DNA from: an uncultured Candidatus Rokubacteria bacterium
GTDB taxonomy: Bacteria; Methylomirabilota; Methylomirabilia; Rokubacteriales; DASRDR01
Assembly (NCBI GenBank): GCA_963799055.1
Contig: CAWCVP010000012.1
Span: 25,640 to 89,639 of the forward strand
Direction of reading: 5' to 3'
DNA: 64,000 nucleotides
The notes under the pieces are model-generated. The model did not search any database. It had not been told where the DNA came from and saw nothing but the letters and a program-made list of their open reading frames with translations. Each line of letters begins with the position of its first letter. Position 1 is the first letter of the stretch. Shown here one piece after another: positions 20,555 through 30,761 of the stretch. A program made the position numbers and the translations under genes.

Positions 20555-21970
20555 TCAGGTGGTCTGCGGGCCCGGGGCCGGGCGGCGCTGACCCCCTCGC
20601 CGCCGGCGGCGGCGCCGTCGGCGGCCTGGACCTGGCGGCTGGGGCCGGTGGCCGTCGCCTCCGGGCGCTCGGTTGCCGTCCACCTCCGGGGGTAGCTCCT
20701 CCTCGACCTCCGGCATGCGGTTGCCGTCGATCTCGTCCGACGGCTCCGACTCGTCGTCCGGTTCGACCAGCTGGTGCGGCTGGGGCTCGTCGGCCGGCTC
20801 GACCTCATCCGCCGGAGCGCTCTCGACCCGCGGCTCCTGGCGCGGGAGACTGGCCGCGTCGGCGAGCGTGATCGTGCCGGAGGGGCTCACGACGAGCTCC
20901 TTGATCCGGCGGAGCCGGGTGACCAGCCGGGGAGAGCCGGCCGGACGCTGGAACCCGCGGGCCTTGAGGGCGTTCGCCACGGCGTCGATGATCACGCTCT
21001 GCCGGGGGGAGGCCTCGACCAGCCCACGGACGACCGAAACCAGCTCGTCGTGGGGCGCCGTGTGCGGCGTCTCCGGGGAGGCGGCCGATGAGACTGGGGG
21101 CCGGGTCCGCGCCCCCTGCCGCCGCTCGGTCGGGCGGCCGGCGCAGCCGCGTGACGGGGGACATCTCTCGGCTCGGTGTGCCGAGCCTGGCCGCTGTGAG
21201 CGGAGTGAGGGGTGACGGGTCCGCGTCCACCGCGCCGCCGGCGCCGCCGGCGCGAGCCTGACGCGTCGACGCTCGGTGGGCGCTCGGCCAACACCGGCGC
21301 CGCCGCCGGCTCGTCCTGGACCAGCCGGCGATATGACAGGCGCCGGAACGCGATGCCCAGGCTCGCCGCCACGTCGCCCACGGCGTCGAACGCCCGGTCG
21401 TCCGACACGATCTCGATCAGGTCCCCGGGCCGGGCGGCGGCCAGCCAGATGCCGGCCGCCACGGCGATCCGGAGGTCGCTCCAGTCACGGACCCCTGTCG
21501 ATGGAGCGCTGTGCACGAGGTGCGCCCCGCGCTGGGCGAGCAGCCGCGCCGCGTCCTGGCCCACCACCTTCCAGTTCGCGACCGCGACGAGCTCGGTGCG
21601 GCGGTCCCAGGGATCGACTGCCCAGATGGTCGATGACGTGGGCCAGGTGCTGCGCCTTGCTCGTGTTCTCGACGTCGAGGAAGATGGCGCGCCGGCCCGG
21701 CGGGCGCGGACGCTCCGGCTCGGGCGGGGGCACGCGCGCCACGAACGTGGTCTCGACCGCGGACAGCGGAATCGGCGGGAGCGACAGCGATTCGGGCTGC
21801 GCGTCGAGCGCGGGCTCCGGCGTGGGATCCTGGACGACCGGCTCGGGAGTGGGGACTGCCCGCTTGCGAGGTCGTGGGGTCGGCGGCCGGCGGGACGTCT
21901 TGCCTCGGGCCTTCTTCCGACCGCCGTCGCGACTGGCGCTGGTCGTCACTGTCGCCACAGTGTAACGCAT
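20555..21970 (-). CDS. NYN-domain protein with C-terminal LOTUS/OST-HTH-like domain and Arg-rich disordered linkers; frameshifts ~21615 and ~21100-21200
   Basis: AIFLDVEN, DWSDLRIAV, IVSDDRAF (NYN/PIN-like); then IDAVANALKARGF.RP.GSPRLVTRL (winged helix); start codon uncertain. Confidence 0.7.
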
Positions 21971-22015
21971 GACGGTCCGTTCGTGCGCGGCTCACCCGGG
22001 GCCGCTGCCCCTGCC

Positions 22016-22024
22016 TGCTATACT
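22016..22024 (+). promoter_or_regulatory. extended -10 promoter element
   Basis: TGCTATACT (TGn-TATACT), 10 nt upstream of the phosphatase ATG, in a divergent intergenic gap. Confidence 0.5.
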
Positions 22025-22034
22025 CCCGCTCGTC

Positions 22035-22565
22035 ATGCCGGACCCCGGCTCGCCGCCCGTCGGGTACCCCCTTCGCCTGCGTCACCCCCTCCTGCCCGAG
22101 GGCGCGTCTCTCCTCGGCGCCGGGCGGCCGAGCTATCCGGACGAGCCGCCGTCCCGCGACAAGGTGGAGGAGGGAGCCCGCGCCTGGCGGGAGGCGGGGG
22201 TCGGCCTGGTCGTGAGCCTCATCGAGGACTGGGAGGTCCCCCGGCGCGCCCCGGGCCTCTTCGAGGCGCTGGCCCGCGAGGGCGTCGACCTCACACGGTT
22301 CCCGATCGCAGACTTCGGCGTCCCGACGGACGTGCCCGCGTTCGGGCGCCTGCTCGACGAGGTCGGACGTCGGCTCGCCGAGGCGGAGTGCGTCCTCGTT
22401 CATTGCAACGCGGGCCTCGGGCGCACCGCGGTGGTGCTTGCCTCCATCCTGAAGGCGCACGGCCTCGCCGAGGATCCGGTGCGGGAGCTCCGGCGCCTCT
22501 ATCGGCCGACGGCCATGGAGCACCCCGTCCAGGAAGACTTCGTCCGGCGTTTCGCCTTGCCCTGA
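22035..22565 (+). CDS. dual-specificity/protein-tyrosine phosphatase
   Basis: Catalytic loop VLVHCNAGLGRT (CX5R); FPIADFGVP acid loop. Confidence 0.88.
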   Translation: MPDPGSPPVGYPLRLRHPLLPEGASLLGAGRPSYPDEPPSRDKVEEGARAWREAGVGLVVSLIEDWEVPRRAPGLFEALAREGVDLTRFPIADFGVPTDVPAFGRLLDEVGRRLAEAECVLVHCNAGLGRTAVVLASILKAHGLAEDPVRELRRLYRPTAMEHPVQEDFVRRFALP

Positions 22566-23245
22566 TGCCGGGGGCGAGGCCCCGCCCGGGCCTCCGGTCG
22601 CTCGTCCAGCTGCTCCCGTGGCTCTGGGTCGTCGCCTGCGCGGCGACGGCGGGCCACACACCCCCCTCGCACGGGTCGGCGACGGGTACCCCGATCTACG
22701 TCACGAGCAACGGGTGGCACACGGAGCTCGTCGTCGAGGCGGCGACGCTTCCGGTGAAAGGCTGGCCCCAGCGTGAGGCCTTCCGGGGCCGTCGCTACCT
22801 CGAGGTGGGATGGGGCGACCGGGACGCCTACCCGGCCGACCGCCTGACGGTGCGACTCGCCGTCAAGGCTGCCCTCGCGTCCCGTGGCAGCACGCTTCGG
22901 GTCTCGGGCTTCGACGAGCCGATCCCCGACCGATTCCGAGGGATCGAGGTCGTCGAGATCCGGCTGGCGGCCTCGGCCTTTCAGACGCTGGCCCAGTTCA
23001 TCGAGGCGAGCCATGCCGTCGATCACGACGGCCAGCCGATCCGGCTCGATCCGGCGACGGCCGGATCGGCGACCTTCTATCTCGCCCGCGGCCGTTTCCA
23101 CGCGCTGAACACGTGCAACACGTGGACCGCTCGGGCGCTCCAGGCCGCCGGCCTTCCGCTCTGGCCCGCCCTGACGTTCACCGCTCACCAGCTGATGCTG
23201 CAGGTCACTCCCCTGGGGCGGCTCGTCGCGACCGGCCCGGCTTGA
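22565..23245 (+). CDS. DUF2459 family exported protein
   Basis: [48 protein letters not shown] coupling with the phosphatase. Confidence 0.75.
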   Translation: MPGARPRPGLRSLVQLLPWLWVVACAATAGHTPPSHGSATGTPIYVTSNGWHTELVVEAATLPVKGWPQREAFRGRRYLEVGWGDRDAYPADRLTVRLAVKAALASRGSTLRVSGFDEPIPDRFRGIEVVEIRLAASAFQTLAQFIEASHAVDHDGQPIRLDPATAGSATFYLARGRFHALNTCNTWTARALQAAGLPLWPALTFTAHQLMLQVTPLGRLVATGPA

Positions 23246-23252
23246 CGCCCTC

Positions 23253-23340
23253 GGGGTCAGGCCTCGGCTTTGACTTCCGACCGATCTCCCACGGCAGTGG
23301 TGGTGCCGCAGCGCGGAAGTCAAAGCCGAGGCCTGACCCC
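23253..23340. repeat. palindromic REP/MITE-like element, copy 1
   Basis: Perfect 27-bp inverted repeat GGGGTCAGGCCTCGGCTTTGACTTCCG (23253-79) / CGGAAGTCAAAGCCGAGGCCTGACCCC (23314-40) with a 34-nt spacer. Confidence 0.9.
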
Positions 23341-23383
23341 ATCACTCGCGGTGATAGACTGCCGCCAGGGGACATCGGAGCCG

Positions 23384-23869
23384 ATGAGCCAGCCGTCCCA
23401 CGCGTCAGCGGGCGCCGAGGCCCGGCTCCCGTATCTCCGGGCGATCGATCCACTGCCGCTGGAGTCGCCGGAGTACAACAAGCTCCACGCCTTCTACGCC
23501 CACCTCGCCGAGGGTCGGCTCACCACGACCCGGTGTCGAGGCTGCGGCCGGATCGACTGGCCACCCCGCGGCTTCTGTCCGGCGTGTACCTCCGACGTCT
23601 TCGACTGGACGGAGCTGCCGCGCGAGGGGCGAGTCCACGGCTTCACGGTTCAGGAGGCCGGCGTGCCCGCTGGCTTCCCGCGGCCGCTCGTCCTCGCGGT
23701 CGTGGAAGTATCCGGGCTCCGCCTGTTCGCGCCGCTGACGCACGTCGACGAACCAGGCCGCGTCATGGTCGGCACCCGCGTCCGGTTCGCGCCGGTCCGC
23801 GTGGCGGACGACCCCGGAGGACAGGCGCGGTACCTCGTGGCATTCACGCCGGCCGACGCGGCATCATGA
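23384..23869 (+). CDS. Zn-ribbon + OB-fold protein (DUF35 family, thiolase partner)
   Basis: RCRGCG...PPRGFCPAC followed by OB fold (GRVHGFTV...PLVLAVVE...VGTRV). Confidence 0.88.
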   Translation: MSQPSHASAGAEARLPYLRAIDPLPLESPEYNKLHAFYAHLAEGRLTTTRCRGCGRIDWPPRGFCPACTSDVFDWTELPREGRVHGFTVQEAGVPAGFPRPLVLAVVEVSGLRLFAPLTHVDEPGRVMVGTRVRFAPVRVADDPGGQARYLVAFTPADAAS

Positions 23870-24273
23870 CGGGAGCCCGCCCGCTCCGGGTGCTGATCGC
23901 GAAGCCGGGCCTCGACGGCCACGATCGTGGAGCCAAGGTGGTGGCGCACGCGCTGCGCGACGCGGGGATCGAGGTGGTGTACTCGGGGCTCAAGCGGACG
24001 CCGGAGGAGCTGGTGGCCGAGGCGGTGCAGGAGGACGTCGACGTGATCGGGCTATCGGTGCTCTCCGGCGCCCACCTCACGCTCTCGGGGCGCCTCCTCG
24101 AGCGGCTGCGCGAGGCGGACGCGGAGGACGTGGCCGTCGTGGTCGGCGGCACGATCCCGGCGGGCGACGCCGCGGCCCTCCGGGCGCTGGGCGTGCGGGC
24201 CGTCTTTCCGATGGGCACGCCGTTGCCCGAGATCGTGTCCTACTTCCGGTCGTTCCCACGGATGGGCGCGTAG
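23866..24273 (+). CDS. cobalamin-binding small subunit of an acyl-CoA mutase
   Basis: [10 protein letters not shown] (DxHxxG), [23 protein letters not shown]. Confidence 0.93.
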   Translation: MTGARPLRVLIAKPGLDGHDRGAKVVAHALRDAGIEVVYSGLKRTPEELVAEAVQEDVDVIGLSVLSGAHLTLSGRLLERLREADAEDVAVVVGGTIPAGDAAALRALGVRAVFPMGTPLPEIVSYFRSFPRMGA

Positions 24274-24299
24274 CCCGCCGGCGGGAAGGGGGCAGGCTG

Positions 24300-25925
24300 A
24301 TGGCCGAGGCGCGAGGCGAGAAGAAGCCGCGGGACGTCCGCTATCTCGACGGGATCGAGATCCGGCCGGTCTACGGCCCCGCCGATCTCGGAGGCTTCGA
24401 CTACGCGCGGGACCTCGGAGACCCCGGCGACTACCCGTTCACCCGCGGGATTCACCCGCACATGTACCGCGCCCGCCCGTTCACGATGCGGCAGTACATC
24501 GGCTTCGGGACGCCGGCGGAGACCAACGCCCGCTTCAAGTACCTCATGGCCCACGGGCAGGACGCGCTCAACGTGGCCTTCGACCTGCCGACCCAGCTGG
24601 GCCTCGACTCCGACGATCCGCGCGCCGAGGGAGAGGTCGGGCGGGTGGGCATGGCGGTCGACTCGCTCCTGGACATGGAGGAGGCGTTCGACGGCATCGC
24701 CGCCGACCGTGTCTCCATCTCGTTCACCATCAACTCCATGGCGGCGTTCATCCAGGCGATGTTCCTGGTGGTCGCGGAGAAGCAGGGCGTCGCGTGGGAC
24801 CGGGTCGTCACCACCCCTCAGAACGACATCCTCAAGGAGTTCATCGCGCGGGGGACGTGGGTGTACCCGGTGGACCCGTCGCTGCGCCTGGTCTGCGACA
24901 TCGCCGAGTTCTGCGCGCGGCACGCGCCGAAGGTCAACCCCATCTCGGTGTGCGGCTACCACATCCGCGAGGCCGGATGCACGCCCGCGCAGGAGATGGC
25001 GTACGGGCTCCTCATCGTGGCCGCGTACACGGACCTGCTCGTGCGCCGGGGCCTGCCGGTCGACGACTTCGCGCCTCGCCTGTCGTTCAACTTCACGGCC
25101 TGGGGGCGGCTCTTCGAGGAGGTCGCGAAGTTCCGGGCGGGCCGGCGCCTCTACGCCCGGATGATGAAGGAGCGGTTCGGCGCCCGGAATCCCCGGTCGA
25201 TGATGTTCCGCTCCCTGATCGGCGGAGGCGGCTCCGGCTTCACCGTGCAGGAGCCCGAGAACAACATCGTCCGGGGCGCCTACTACATCCTCGCGGCGGC
25301 GCTGTCCGGCTGCCAGACGAGCGCGCTCCCGACGTACGACGAGGCCTACACGATCCCGTCCCCCAAGGCGCAGCTGATCGCGCTCCGCACGATGCAGATC
25401 TGCGCGGAGGAGACCGGGGTCGCCGACACCGTCGATCCCCTGGCCGGCTCCTACTTCGTCGAGAGCCTCACGAACGAGATGGAAACGCGGATCCAGGCGG
25501 AGATCGATCGGGTCGAGCGGATGGGCGGCATCGTCGAGGCGGTGAAGGCGGGCACCATCCAGGCGGAGGTGGCGCGCCAGGCCTACCGGTTCGAGCAGAT
25601 GATGCTCTCCGGGGAGTATCCCAAGGTCGGCGTGAACCGCCACGTCGCGCCGGACGCGACGCGCGAGGCGTCCGACGCGCTCGAGCTCTACGCCTTCGAC
25701 CCCAAGGCGGCCGAGGCCCAGGTGGCCCGGCTCCGCCGCCTTCGCCGGGAGCGTGACCAGGGCGCGGTGGATCGAACCCTCGCGCAGCTCCGCGCGGTCG
25801 CCCGCGGCGGCGAGAACCTCATGCCGCCGATCCTCGAAGCGGTGCGCGCCTACGCCACGCTGGGGGAGATGGCCGCGGCTCTCCGGGACGTGTGGGGCGA
25901 GCACAAGGAACCGACCGGCTTCTGA
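24300..25925 (+). CDS. methylmalonyl-CoA mutase family large (substrate-binding) subunit, divergent
   Basis: PGDYPFTRG, TMRQY.GF, AFDLPTQLG.DSD, QNDILKE, GYHIREAG, EEVAKFRAGRR, DPLAGSY. Confidence 0.92.
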   Translation: MAEARGEKKPRDVRYLDGIEIRPVYGPADLGGFDYARDLGDPGDYPFTRGIHPHMYRARPFTMRQYIGFGTPAETNARFKYLMAHGQDALNVAFDLPTQLGLDSDDPRAEGEVGRVGMAVDSLLDMEEAFDGIAADRVSISFTINSMAAFIQAMFLVVAEKQGVAWDRVVTTPQNDILKEFIARGTWVYPVDPSLRLVCDIAEFCARHAPKVNPISVCGYHIREAGCTPAQEMAYGLLIVAAYTDLLVRRGLPVDDFAPRLSFNFTAWGRLFEEVAKFRAGRRLYARMMKERFGARNPRSMMFRSLIGGGGSGFTVQEPENNIVRGAYYILAAALSGCQTSALPTYDEAYTIPSPKAQLIALRTMQICAEETGVADTVDPLAGSYFVESLTNEMETRIQAEIDRVERMGGIVEAVKAGTIQAEVARQAYRFEQMMLSGEYPKVGVNRHVAPDATREASDALELYAFDPKAAEAQVARLRRLRRERDQGAVDRTLAQLRAVARGGENLMPPILEAVRAYATLGEMAAALRDVWGEHKEPTGF

Positions 25926-25933
25926 CCGGCACC

Positions 25934-26662
25934 GTGGAGACGGTCGAGGAGACCTGGCTCGGCTACAAGGGGCGGAGCTTCGAGCTGCTCGCCCTCGCCG
26001 ACGGGGACCAGGTGCTGGACGTCGGCTGCGGGACGGGTGGGGATGCGCGAGCCATCGCGGGCCGGTTCCCGGGAGTGTCGGTCCTGGGGATCGACGCCAG
26101 CGAGGACAAGGTCCGGGAGGCGCAGGCGCAGAGCCTGGGCCTCCCGCGCCCCGTGGACTTCCGCGTCGGCGATGCCTACGCGTTGCCCTTCGACGACGAG
26201 ACCTTCGATGCCTGCCGCGCGGATCGCGTGTTCCACCACCTGGTCGACCCGCGCCGGGCCCTCGTCGAGATGACGCGGGTGACGAGACCCGGCGGGCGGG
26301 TCGCGATCAGCGACACCGACTACGACACGCTCGTGGTCGAGGCGCCGGACCTCTCGCTCACGCGCCGGATCCTCGCGCACCACGTCGAGCGGATGGAGAG
26401 CGGCCGGGTCGGGCGCCAGCTCCCCGGGCTCTTGCGGGACGCGGGCCTCTCGGCGGTGGCCGTGACGCCGTACGCGGCCTTCGCGATCGAATACGACGAG
26501 GAGGTCCTGAAGCTCCGCGACAAGGCCGAGCGGGCCGCCCAGGCGGGCGCCATCACGCCGGCCGACGCCGCGCGCTGGGTCGAGAGCCTGGCCGACGCCG
26601 CCCGGACCGGCCGGTTCGTCTGCGTCCAGATCGTCCTCACCGTGAGCGGGCGCAAGGCGTGA
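25934..26662 (+). CDS. class I SAM-dependent methyltransferase (UbiE-like)
   Basis: VLDVGCGTG, GDAYALPF, RADRVFHH, RPGGRV. Confidence 0.85.
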   Translation: METVEETWLGYKGRSFELLALADGDQVLDVGCGTGGDARAIAGRFPGVSVLGIDASEDKVREAQAQSLGLPRPVDFRVGDAYALPFDDETFDACRADRVFHHLVDPRRALVEMTRVTRPGGRVAISDTDYDTLVVEAPDLSLTRRILAHHVERMESGRVGRQLPGLLRDAGLSAVAVTPYAAFAIEYDEEVLKLRDKAERAAQAGAITPADAARWVESLADAARTGRFVCVQIVLTVSGRKA

Positions 26663-27432
26663 GCGCGCGGACGGCCGCGGAGGTCTTGTCGCGCCCGGCG
26701 GCGCCGTACGCGACGCTCGCGCCCTACTTCGCCCAGCTGTTCGAGCCGTACGGGATCCGGCGGTGGTTCGTCGGCGCCTCGGGGCTGGTGGCCGCGGCCG
26801 GGCTCCGAACCGGGCGGCACCTCGACGTGGGGGCGGGAACCTGTCGCTACAGCCGATACTGGGCGCGCGCCGGCTTCCGGTCGGTGTGCCTCGACCTCCT
26901 CCATCAGATGCTCGCGCGGGCGCGGCTCGCAGGCACCGGGGGTCGCCTCGCCCGCGTGTGCGGGACCCTCGACTGCCTCCGCCCGGAGCCGGCCTTCGAC
27001 CTCGTCACGGCGATCGACGACGTCGTCGCCTACGTGGGGGCGCAGGACGGCGGACTCGACCGCTTCCTGGGCCAGGTGTCGCCTCGCGTCCGGCCGGGCG
27101 GTCTCTTTCTCTTCGACTTCATCACGCCCGCGGGCCGGCGCCGCTACACGTTCCGCAATTCCCGGAGGATCCCGGCCGGCCGCATCGTGGCCGACAGCCG
27201 AGGGCGCTTCGACGAGGCCGCGCGGACGCTCTCGGTCGACCTCACGCTCGAGACGCCGGATCACGTCGCCCACGAGCGCCACGTGATGCGGCTCCACACG
27301 GTGCCGGAGGTCGAGGGCGCCCTCCGTCGCCACGGCTTCGAGATCGTCGTCGTGACCGATCTCTACGACGGCCCCGGGGTGTCCTTCCAAGCCGGCCGGC
27401 CGTCCTACGACGTCCTGGCCCGCCGGCGCTAA
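26659..27432 (+). CDS. class I SAM-dependent methyltransferase
   Basis: HLDVGAGT, FDLVTAIDD, RPGGLFLFDF; GTGA overlap with the upstream gene. Confidence 0.8.
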   Translation: MSARTAAEVLSRPAAPYATLAPYFAQLFEPYGIRRWFVGASGLVAAAGLRTGRHLDVGAGTCRYSRYWARAGFRSVCLDLLHQMLARARLAGTGGRLARVCGTLDCLRPEPAFDLVTAIDDVVAYVGAQDGGLDRFLGQVSPRVRPGGLFLFDFITPAGRRRYTFRNSRRIPAGRIVADSRGRFDEAARTLSVDLTLETPDHVAHERHVMRLHTVPEVEGALRRHGFEIVVVTDLYDGPGVSFQAGRPSYDVLARRR

Positions 27433-27469
27433 CGGCTGGCCGGGCACGCCCCCTGTCGTGACGATCGTC

Positions 27470-27497
27470 TACATGGTCATTATCATGTGACCATGTA
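27470..27497 (+). promoter_or_regulatory. palindromic operator spanning a -10 box upstream of the Phd antitoxin
   Basis: TACATGGTCA-ttatcatg-TGACCATGTA perfect 10-bp arms; TATCAT in the spacer; GAGGAGG RBS follows. Confidence 0.8.
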
Positions 27498-27512
27498 CCT
27501 GAGGAGGGGACC

Positions 27513-27746
27513 ATGAAGACGATGCCGGCCGGTGAGTTCAAGGCGCGCTGCCTCCGCATCATGGAGGAAGTGCGGACGAAGCGCGTGAGCGTGCTGATCA
27601 CGAAGAAAGGGCGGCCTGTGGCCAAGTTGGTCCCCGCCGACGAGGACGCTGACGAGGTGTTCGGCCGTCTCCAGGGAGTCCTCGAGATCACCGGAGACGT
27701 CGAGTCGCCGGTCGTCGCGCCGGAGGACTGGAAGGCGCTCCGGTGA
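27513..27746 (+). CDS. Phd/YefM family antitoxin
   Basis: MKTMPAGEFKARCLRIMEEV...VLITKKGRPVAKLVP. Confidence 0.92.
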   Translation: MKTMPAGEFKARCLRIMEEVRTKRVSVLITKKGRPVAKLVPADEDADEVFGRLQGVLEITGDVESPVVAPEDWKALR

Positions 27747-27889
27747 TCTTGCTCGACACTCACGCACTGGTCTGGCTGGTCGCCGAGCCGGCGCGACTAT
27801 CACGCGCGGCCACCGACGCCATCCGACGTGCTCGATCGACCGGCGGTCTCGCGATCGCGTCGATCACGGTCTGCAGTGACATCGACTGA
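27743..27889 (+). pseudogene. 3'-truncated VapC PIN toxin (48 aa)
   Basis: Not in the ORF track. GTG 27743 reads MILLDTHALVWLVAEPARLSRAATDAIRRARSTGGLAIASITVCSDID*, ending where the conserved W-E should be; the next gene starts immediately. Confidence 0.85.
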
Positions 27890-29082
27890 TGCTCCTCGAC
27901 GGCGTGCGGGTGCTCGATCTCTCGCGCATGCTGGCCGGACCCTACGGCTCGATGCTCCTGGCCGACCTCGGGGCCGAGGTGATCAAGATCGAGGAGCCCG
28001 GGGGCGGAGACCCCATGCGCGCGATGGGCCCGCCCTTCCTCGGCGCCGAGCGCGAGAGCGCCTACTTCCTCTCGATCAACCGGAACAAGAAGAGCGTCGC
28101 GGTGGACCTCGAGACGCCCGAGGGCCGGGAGGTCTTCCACGACCTCTGCCGCGTGGCCGACGTCGTCTGGGAGAACTTCCGCCCGGGCGTGATGGCCCGC
28201 CTGGGCTGTGCGCCCGAGGTTCTGCGCCGGCTCAATCCCCGGCTGGTCGTCTGCTCGATCTCGGCCTTCGGCCAGGATGGGCCGTACCGGGAGTGGCCGG
28301 CGTTCGACCTGGCGCTCCAGGCCATGGGCGGCGCGATGAGCCTGACCGGCGAGGCCGGGCGGGCGCCGGCGCGGATGGGCCTCCCCATGGGCGACCTCGC
28401 GGGCGGGATGTTCGGCGCGCTGGCGGTCGCCGGCGCCCTGTTCCGCCGCGAGCGGACCGGCGAGGGGGCGCACTTCGACCTGTCCCTCCTGGACGGCCAG
28501 GTGTCCCTGCTCACGTACGTCGCCCAGTACTTCTGGGCGGACGGCCGCGTGCCGGGCCGTGTCGGCTCGGGCCACACGTCGGTCGTGCCGTACCAGGCCT
28601 TCGCGACGCGCGACGGCCACGTGGTCGTCGCGGTCTTCGCCGAGAAGTTCTGGGCGGGGTTCTGCCGGGCGATCGACCGCCCGGACCTCGCCGCCGACCC
28701 ACGCTTCGATTCGAACCCGAAGCGGGTCGAGCGGCGCCACGACCTCGTCCCCGTCCTCGAGGCGGTCTTCCCGGCGCGCACGACCGAGGAGTGGCTCGCC
28801 CGGCTCCAGGGAGAGGGCGTGCCGGCGGCGCCGATCAACACGGTGGACCAGGTCGTGAACGACCCGCAGGTGCGGCTGCGGGAGATGGTGGTCGACCTCG
28901 AGCATCCGAGGCTGGGAACGGTCCTGACGCTCGGGACGCCCATCAAGGCCACGGGGACCCCGCCGTTCCGCCCGACGCCGCCTCCCGCGCTCGGCGAGCA
29001 CACGGAACCGGTGTTGCGGGAACTGCTCGGCTATCCGCCGGACCGGATCGACGGGCTTCGCCGCGGGCGTGTGATCGCGTGA
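27889..29082 (+). CDS. CaiB/BaiF family III CoA-transferase
   Basis: RVLDLSRMLAGP, LADLGAEVIKIE, NRNKKS, ENFRPG, SAFGQDGP, catalytic D in PAFDLALQA. Confidence 0.95.
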   Translation: MLLDGVRVLDLSRMLAGPYGSMLLADLGAEVIKIEEPGGGDPMRAMGPPFLGAERESAYFLSINRNKKSVAVDLETPEGREVFHDLCRVADVVWENFRPGVMARLGCAPEVLRRLNPRLVVCSISAFGQDGPYREWPAFDLALQAMGGAMSLTGEAGRAPARMGLPMGDLAGGMFGALAVAGALFRRERTGEGAHFDLSLLDGQVSLLTYVAQYFWADGRVPGRVGSGHTSVVPYQAFATRDGHVVVAVFAEKFWAGFCRAIDRPDLAADPRFDSNPKRVERRHDLVPVLEAVFPARTTEEWLARLQGEGVPAAPINTVDQVVNDPQVRLREMVVDLEHPRLGTVLTLGTPIKATGTPPFRPTPPPALGEHTEPVLRELLGYPPDRIDGLRRGRVIA

Positions 29083-29178
29083 CGCCCGAAACGGATGTCC
29101 GTGCAGGCGAAGCCCGCGTCGGCCGACCGCGCCCCCGGCTCGGCTGGTCGATGCTAGACTGCCCCGTGGAGCTTCGCC

Positions 29179-29751
29179 GTGGCCACCCGGATAACCCTGA
29201 CCTACGCGGACTGACGCGGCGACTCCCCAACGACGGACGCCGGGCTACGAAGTTCACGAGGGGGAGCTCGCCGTGACGCCCGCACCCGGCACCCGGCATC
29301 AACAGGATGAGCCGCAACGATCCTCGTCCTGCTGCATGCTCGACGTGGCTGAGCCAGTGACCTTGGCGAGGTTCTGGTCGCGCCGAGCTCGACTGCATCC
29401 TGGGACGACACCGCAGCGTAGTGCAGCCGGACCTCGTGTTCGTGGCGCGGAACCGGCTCGCGGCCATCAGCGCGCGAGGCATCGAGGGGGCGCCGAGCCT
29501 GGTCGTCGAGGTGCTTTCCCCAGGCACCGTCAAGATTGACCGGGGCGTCAAGGCCCAGCTCTACGCGCGCCACGGCGTGCCCCACGTACTGGATCGTCGA
29601 TTTGGACGCGCGTGGTGATCGAAGGCCCATGTCCTTCGCGGCGGTGCCTATGAGCCGGCGCCGGTCGCCTCGAGGGGGTACAAGCCCGAGCCGCGATTGC
29701 CGGTCCGTTCCCGGATCTCGCGCTGGCACTCCGGCCGTCCTCTGGCCGTGA
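29179..29751 (+). pseudogene. Uma2 (DUF820) family endonuclease, multiply frameshifted
   Basis: Fragments across frames: LTYAD..LPNDGRR.YEVHEGELAVTPAPGTRHQ, VQPDLVFV, GAPSLVVEVLSPGT..IDRGVK..LYARHGVP.YWIVD. Confidence 0.8.
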
Positions 29752-29890
29752 CGCCCGGTACGTTGACGCGCGGTGAGCCGACGCGGTCGCAGACCCTCAA
29801 ACGGGTGGTCCTGCTCGTGTGAGTGGCGCGCGCAGACCGGGACGGACTGTAGCGATGCTGCCGGTCGCTGGAACCGGCCGAGGAGGACGC

Positions 29891-30761
29891 CTGAGACCCT
29901 CGTTCGCGCATCATCGTCCCGGCCACGCTCGACGAGGCGTGCCGCCTGCTGGTCGAGGAGCCGCGCGCGGCGGTCCTGGCCGGCGGCACGGATCTCATGG
30001 TCCACCTCCGGCAGCCGCAGCGCGAGAAGCGCCCGCCGGCGGTGGTCAACCTGAAGCGCATTCCCGGACTGGGCGCGGTCGAGGTGAGCGTCGACGCGAT
30101 CCGCCTCGGCACGCTCGTCGACGCTCACCGCGCTCATGGAGCACCCGGTCGTCGCGGCCGAGTACCCGGTGCTGCCGTTCGCCGCGCGCTACATGGGCTC
30201 GCCGGCGATCCGTCACCTCGCCACGGTCGGCGGCAACCTCTGCAACGCCTCGCCCGCGGCGGATCTCGCCCCGGTGCTGCTCGTCCTGGATGCGGACGTC
30301 GGTATCGTCGGCACGGCCGGCGCTCGGCGGCTGCCTCTCGATCGCTTCTTCCAGGGTCCGGGGCGTACCGCGCTCGCGCCGGGGAGCTGCTCCAGTGGGT
30401 GGAGGTGCCACGCAAGCACGCGGGCTGGGAGGTCCGCTACGAGCGCCTGGACGTGCGGCGCGCCATGGACATCGCCATCGTCGGCGTCGCCCTCGCGCTC
30501 CGCCGGGAGGGCGCGCGCGTCACCGAGGCGCGGCTCGCTCTCGGCGCGGTGGCGCCGACGCCGCGGCGTGTGCCGGACGCCGAGGCGGCGCTCGTGGCCG
30601 GCGGGCTCGTCCCGGCTACCATCGAGCGGGTGGTCGAGCTCGCGACGGCCGCGGCCCGCCCGATCGGCGACGTGCGGGCGACGGCGGAGTACCGCCGCGA
30701 GATGGTGGGGGCCCTCGTCCGGCGGGCGCTCGCGGCCCTCGCGGCCGGACGCCTGACGCGC
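29891..30761 (+). CDS. xanthine dehydrogenase family FAD-binding subunit; frameshifted, start approximate
   Basis: PATLDEA, LAGGTDL, IRHLATVGGNLCNASPAAD, PIGDVRATAEYR; GGAGG at ~29882. Confidence 0.85.
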
